This document shows, in pieces, positions 59,401-64,000 of a DNA stretch of 64,000 nt; within the stretch, counting starts at the first letter, position 1, and each line of letters begins with the position of its first letter. Where the stretch lies: assembly GCA_040954595.2 (NCBI GenBank), contig CM082576.2, positions 14,139,129 to 14,203,128 on the forward strand, written 5' to 3'. The notes under the pieces were generated by a model. The model made no database searches, had not been told where the DNA came from, and worked only from the letters and a program-made list of their open reading frames with translations. A program made the position numbers and the translations under genes. Source of the stretch: Balanoglossus misakiensis (Eukaryota; Animalia; Hemichordata).

Positions 59401-61349
59401 CATTTCGACTACATGATTGTCAATTTAATGTACGGGTGCAACGGTAAGATGACTGCCAACGTGTGTAAAAATCATTTATTCTTAGCGCCCCCACGAAGCC
59501 GCATGGGCCAGAAGGCTTGCCAGAGTAACATAGAGTTATTGAAGATGGTGACCTTGAGAAAACGGGTTTCATTAATTTTTGACATGTAGAAAGGATATCG
59601 ATTCAAGTTCGTTTTTTGAGGTCAGCTCTTGTTTCTTTGCCGACTCAAGGTTCACTGCCAGATATTGTAAATTACTTGTGGGATTATCAGTGAAAATGTT
59701 ATAAACGTATCTTTATAATGATGTAAATTAATTTTGTATAGCAGAGGCGGAACTGTAATACGCGAAACGATTGGGTAATTGGATTTGAAGTGATGACAAT
59801 GCGTGAATGGTTGAACTGGTATTTTTGGCCCACTGCTATATCATTTTCTGTGTGTCACGCATACATTTCAGCGCATTGTACCGGCGGACTGTCGTGCAAC
59901 AATAATGGTTATGTTGGTCAAGACTGTACGTGCGTGTGTCCCGCGGGGTACACTGGTGTCACGTGTGACGATATAGTGAACGAAGGCAGTGAGTATATGC
60001 GTTGGTCTCATGTTTGGCTCAGAACAGGAGCGATTAGGGTTTTCCGAGATTGCCTGCAGACATTCGTTAGGACCATGATGAGAATCATTCGGCTTTTCAA
60101 CAGAGTGGGCGCATTGTTCAAGGATTATTGACATCGGAATGTGAATACACAACACCTTTGTAATCACCAAATTATTTTATTGCCGACCAGAATATGGCAT
60201 ACTTTAGCAAGTTAGCATGACTTTAAACAAGAAGGTTCAGTTCATCTCGGTTCTAAAAATTAATTGATACAGTTTGTGTTAGACTAAACTCGACTTCTAT
60301 CTTTTTTCTACAAAACCATGCATATATTTTTAATGTTTTGTTTTTGTTCAACAGTCTGTGGAGGTAGAATATCCGTGACGTCATCTGGCACTGTGAAGTC
60401 ACCGGGCTACCCGGGTAACTATGGAGACAACAGGGAATGTCACTGGCTTCTGGAGGTACGGTATACACTTAATGTGTTGTCTAATAATATAGACCCTGTC
60501 ACCAAAATGAAACATTAACAAACCGAGAATGATTTGAAGGGGGCAATCAATCGTCGAGTATGCACAAGTGCGACTTAGGCAAGGTGCATAACACATGACA
60601 GCAGCAAGTCAAGTCAAACTACCGGTAGCTACAAAATTCACATATTACAGGGTACAGCAAATCAAACAACTTACCTCAACATTTTACCTGTGTTACATTT
60701 CTTATTTGTTCATTCCGTGACAGGCACCAGTCGGTTCACGTATTTCCATATTCTTTGACGACTTCTATGTTGAAAACGGTGGTGCGTCCTGTGACTATGA
60801 CAATTTCGACATCCGTAACGAAGCCCACATCGACATGTGCATGTACACGTGAGTCAGCTTCATCAAATTTGATCTCTCTCTCTGTCTTTCTCTTTCTCTC
60901 ATATTTACTTCACACGTTATAGTCGTGTTTTCATGATACGTAGTGTAGAATCGCTTTGATCAAAATTTGTGGCTCGCCATGCTTTGTTGGAACTGCCAAA
61001 CACAATTCGTCGATTCTGTTGTTTTCCCGCCAAAGTATTAGCACTCTGAAATCGAACGAAATCAGCTGCAATTGCTTGTCGACGGAAAACCACTTCCATT
61101 CTTTATCTGTCGTGACGGATAAGAAATGTTTAATGCAGTCTTCATCTTTTCCCCGTCATCGACGTTCTCCTCACTGCATCTTGATACTGGGTATATTAAA
61201 TTAACTTTTTTTGTTGTTGCCATAGATACTGCGCTGGAACACTGAAAGGACAGACGCATGTCTCCAAGGAGAACGCCCTCATGTTGAGTTTGTATTCGGA
61301 CTTCTCGATCAGCTACCAGGGATTCAGCGCCACCTATACCTTGATATAA
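56417..61349 (+). CDS. Secreted astacin-family (M12A) zinc metalloprotease with EGF and one CUB domain (BP10/SpAN-like)
   Basis: Exons 56417-56491 (signal peptide), 57114-57345 (propeptide EGDI; RK|[11 protein letters not shown]), 58011-58140, 58418-58487, 58781-58984 ([19 protein letters not shown]; Met-turn SVMHY), 59317-59443, 59872-59988 (EGF), then 60355-60455, 60724-60848, 61226-61349 (CUB). 434 aa, phase-consistent. Confidence 0.93.
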
Positions 61350-62145
61350 CTCGAAGTCGTGTGTGTTAATGACAGGAAATTGTACTGAAAGCTGTGAATT
61401 CAAACGTTTGAAAATATATACCCATTTCCTTCGTTTAAAATGTCTTCCTTTTCTGGAATTCAGGTTAAATACTATAGCAAATATATATTTGTAAAATAGT
61501 TCCAATTCTTATTGAGTTTTGAGATTCAAAGTCAATAATATTGTCTTTTCATGAAACGACCATCCACGCACAGATTTGTCTGATATAAGCTTATATGGAA
61601 AAACAGCATAACACAAAACAGTCTTAGGTCCGTTATACGACAAATGTCATATTTCAGGAGAATGAATTTTCACTGTTCCCAGGGAAGATATATCATATTT
61701 TAGGGTACCCTAACAACTTGAAGCTTGTCTTTGTAGATGAGTGCCTCAGACCAATATGCCAAGTCAGTTTGTGTCGTAAATCTCGGTCAATAGAAGTACA
61801 TATTAGTGTTTCTGTGGATTTCCACATATAGTTCTAGACTATTACGAAATGTGTTGTAAATGTTTTGATAATTCCATAGTCAGTGTGTTGCATATTATCC
61901 AGTAAAGTCTCTTATATCAGAAATACCGACTGTGTTGTGTTCAATGGTATCCGTAGACCAGACAACACCGACAAACGTACCCTATGAAGCTATTATAGCT
62001 TTTATGACTTCACGCCTTCCAATGCCAATCTATCAATGTTTGGGGTGCGTATTGGTGGACCGATGACAATACGTACTTCTCATTATGTTATACAAAAGTC
62101 TAGCCTTGTCGTTATCTGCCCTTACTGGGATAATTTTCCGGTTAA

Positions 62146-62340
62146 AGGTATACACGGTCACCTCCAATTTACATATTCCCATGTATGGCTGAAATGGCGT
62201 ATCTGGGTTTTCTAAAGAAAATATGGCGGCGCTCTTTTTTTCGCGTGTGCCACCCTCTGAAAATCTGTGATTGGCCGAATTTCAAAATGCCATGGTATAA
62301 CTGTAGCTAAATTTGCATAGGTGACCGTACGTGTACATTT
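62146..62340. mobile_element. Short TTAA-flanked MITE (Kolobok-like), degenerate
   Basis: TTAA|AGGTATACACGGTCACCT ... AGGTGACCGTACGTGTACATT..TTAA; a related end lies at ~33588-33620. Confidence 0.5.
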
Positions 62341-63426
62341 TTAAAAATACGTTATGAATATTGTTATAGGCCCACGTCAAAGGGCGTAGCAGCAAGTTGA
62401 TTTCACCAAACTAAAATTTTCACATGTGAGGTTAAAATTGTAAATGTGAAAAAATCAAACCGGCTTGCTTTTTTAAGTAAAATTTTATTGGCAAATTCGA
62501 AAAAATCGTCAACAAAGAAAAATACAAAATTTCTAATTCTGTACATGGCTTGGTTATAACTTTGTTTCCAGGATAAAGTAAGTACTGTTCTCCTCACACG
62601 GTGATCTCACATTCGATTGTTAAATTCTGCATATCTAGACTTTAAGAAAACGGCATGAAATCTTGTTCAAAGATTCGGTTAAAACAATATCACATTTCTT
62701 GACGTGCTCTCAGCGGCATGTTTCTCATGAAAGTTTGACAACGCAAAAAATCAGGCCCTCCGATAGTCAGTAAGCTAGTATACCACTTGCATTGCTAAGA
62801 AACTCTAACTCGAAAAGACAAAGGTAAACGTCAGCTGACGACAGAAAGTGGTTCTGCGCAAATGGCGCCAAAATAACGGGAATACTACGGCCTGTAGCGT
62901 ACATACGGTTAAATTTCTTGCAACGTTATCATAATTGTTCACGTATTTGTGAAGGAGTGTAAAAATAACTCCATTTTTGAGAAAGTATGCGACAGAATAT
63001 AACGGTTAGGTCTATATGCTAGATCTTCCCGGAAGTCACCGACTGTGACGTGTGCATGACAGACAGAATATGATTTGTGGCTGGTGTCTTACCTATACCA
63101 TATCAATTTACGCTGACTGTATCTCTTCTGTAGATACAGCAAAGTTGCCACACAGAAACTAAGTAATTCTGTTCACGAGCTCGAGAATTTTCCAACTATC
63201 ATTTGTACTGCAATCTTTGGCAAGACTTGGCTTAACACACTAATCTCAAAACATTGTGGGGAAAACGGCATCGACATTAGAGTATAAAATGGCCGATGTC
63301 TTTCCTTTAAAATGTTAACTAGTTCCAGAGCTGGTAAACATAGCGTCACTTACTAGTAGTAGTAGTAGCTTAGATTTACTATTTACATGCATACATCTTC
63401 ATCTATAGTTTTGATTTACAACAGTT

Positions 63427-63968
63427 TCAAGCACTGCTCTCATACTGAATATATTTTCTCTTGTCATTTGACTCCGACTTCATCCCTTGTTCGTTGGAGC
63501 GGCGTTTCTTCACGTTGTCCTGGGATTCCAAGGAGGATATTGAACTGCGTCCGTCGACGGTGCTCGCTCCCATAAAGGGTCCTTCAGACAGACTGATCTT
63601 TTCCACATCTCTGTCGAAATCGTCGACGAGCCACGTTGAAGTCAGCGGGGTGTTGTTGTCGGTGGACTGGGCTCGACTGCCCGGCAGGCTGACCACAGAA
63701 GCGCGGCTGTTTCTCGACTGGTCGCCGTCTATTTCGTCGAAGACGACGACGGTTGGTAACGGTGCTCCCGCTTGGCGGTTCATCGATTCCTCCCCGACGT
63801 CACCGTTGCCAGACGACACACCGGTGCCGTTCAGGGGCAGCAGAGGTTTCGTGCTCTCCTTGGTGACGTCGAGCAGGCGGTGAACGTTGCCAGTTCTTCG
63901 GCGGTACAGAATTCGCGCCAAAAACATAATGACGAACATCTCGACGATAATCAACAAACAGTAGAGCA
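63427..63968 (-). CDS. Last coding exon of a membrane protein, probably organic solute transporter alpha (SLC51A/TMEM184 family)-like; the gene continues beyond the window
   Basis: Acceptor tgtcttttcag, then LYCLLIIVEMFVIMFLARILYRRR, which resembles the final TM of OST-alpha (LLI.E.F....L.R..YRR, recalled pattern), followed by a Ser/acidic-rich tail ending at a stop at 63427. Confidence 0.6.
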
Positions 63969-64000
63969 CTGAAAAGACACAGGTTCGAAAAATATAGCAA

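Overview
AT-rich, intron-rich animal genomic DNA, not prokaryotic. Gene content and repeat types suggest a marine invertebrate deuterostome such as a hemichordate (inference only). I hand-spliced exons at GT-AG boundaries, and the phase-consistent models give six protein-coding loci. (1) + strand, 5'-incomplete ZU5-ZU5-UPA-like-DED gene, PIDD-like but ending in a death effector domain; its first visible ZU5 exon is split by a 4.66-kb non-autonomous CACTA/EnSpm-type element. (2) - strand type II membrane EGF + C-type lectin. (3) Divergently oriented secreted C-type lectin + F5/8-type-C protein. (4) A ~30-exon, ~1,880-aa GRL101/LGR-type GPCR with a very large mosaic ectodomain (trefoil, discoidin-like, EGF, CTL-like, FA58C, PAN, CUB, CTLD, 7 LDLa, LRRs), non-canonical activation motifs and a cytoplasmic tail resembling a decayed protein-kinase C-lobe. 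(5) An astacin-EGF-CUB metalloprotease. (6) The last exon of a probable OST-alpha/SLC51A-like transporter. Non-coding DNA holds many MITEs, a four-unit tandem array of Helentron-associated (HINE-like) elements and large microsatellites. Domain calls come from motif recognition by eye; no database search was run. Most ORFs in the supplied track are repeat or antisense artefacts.
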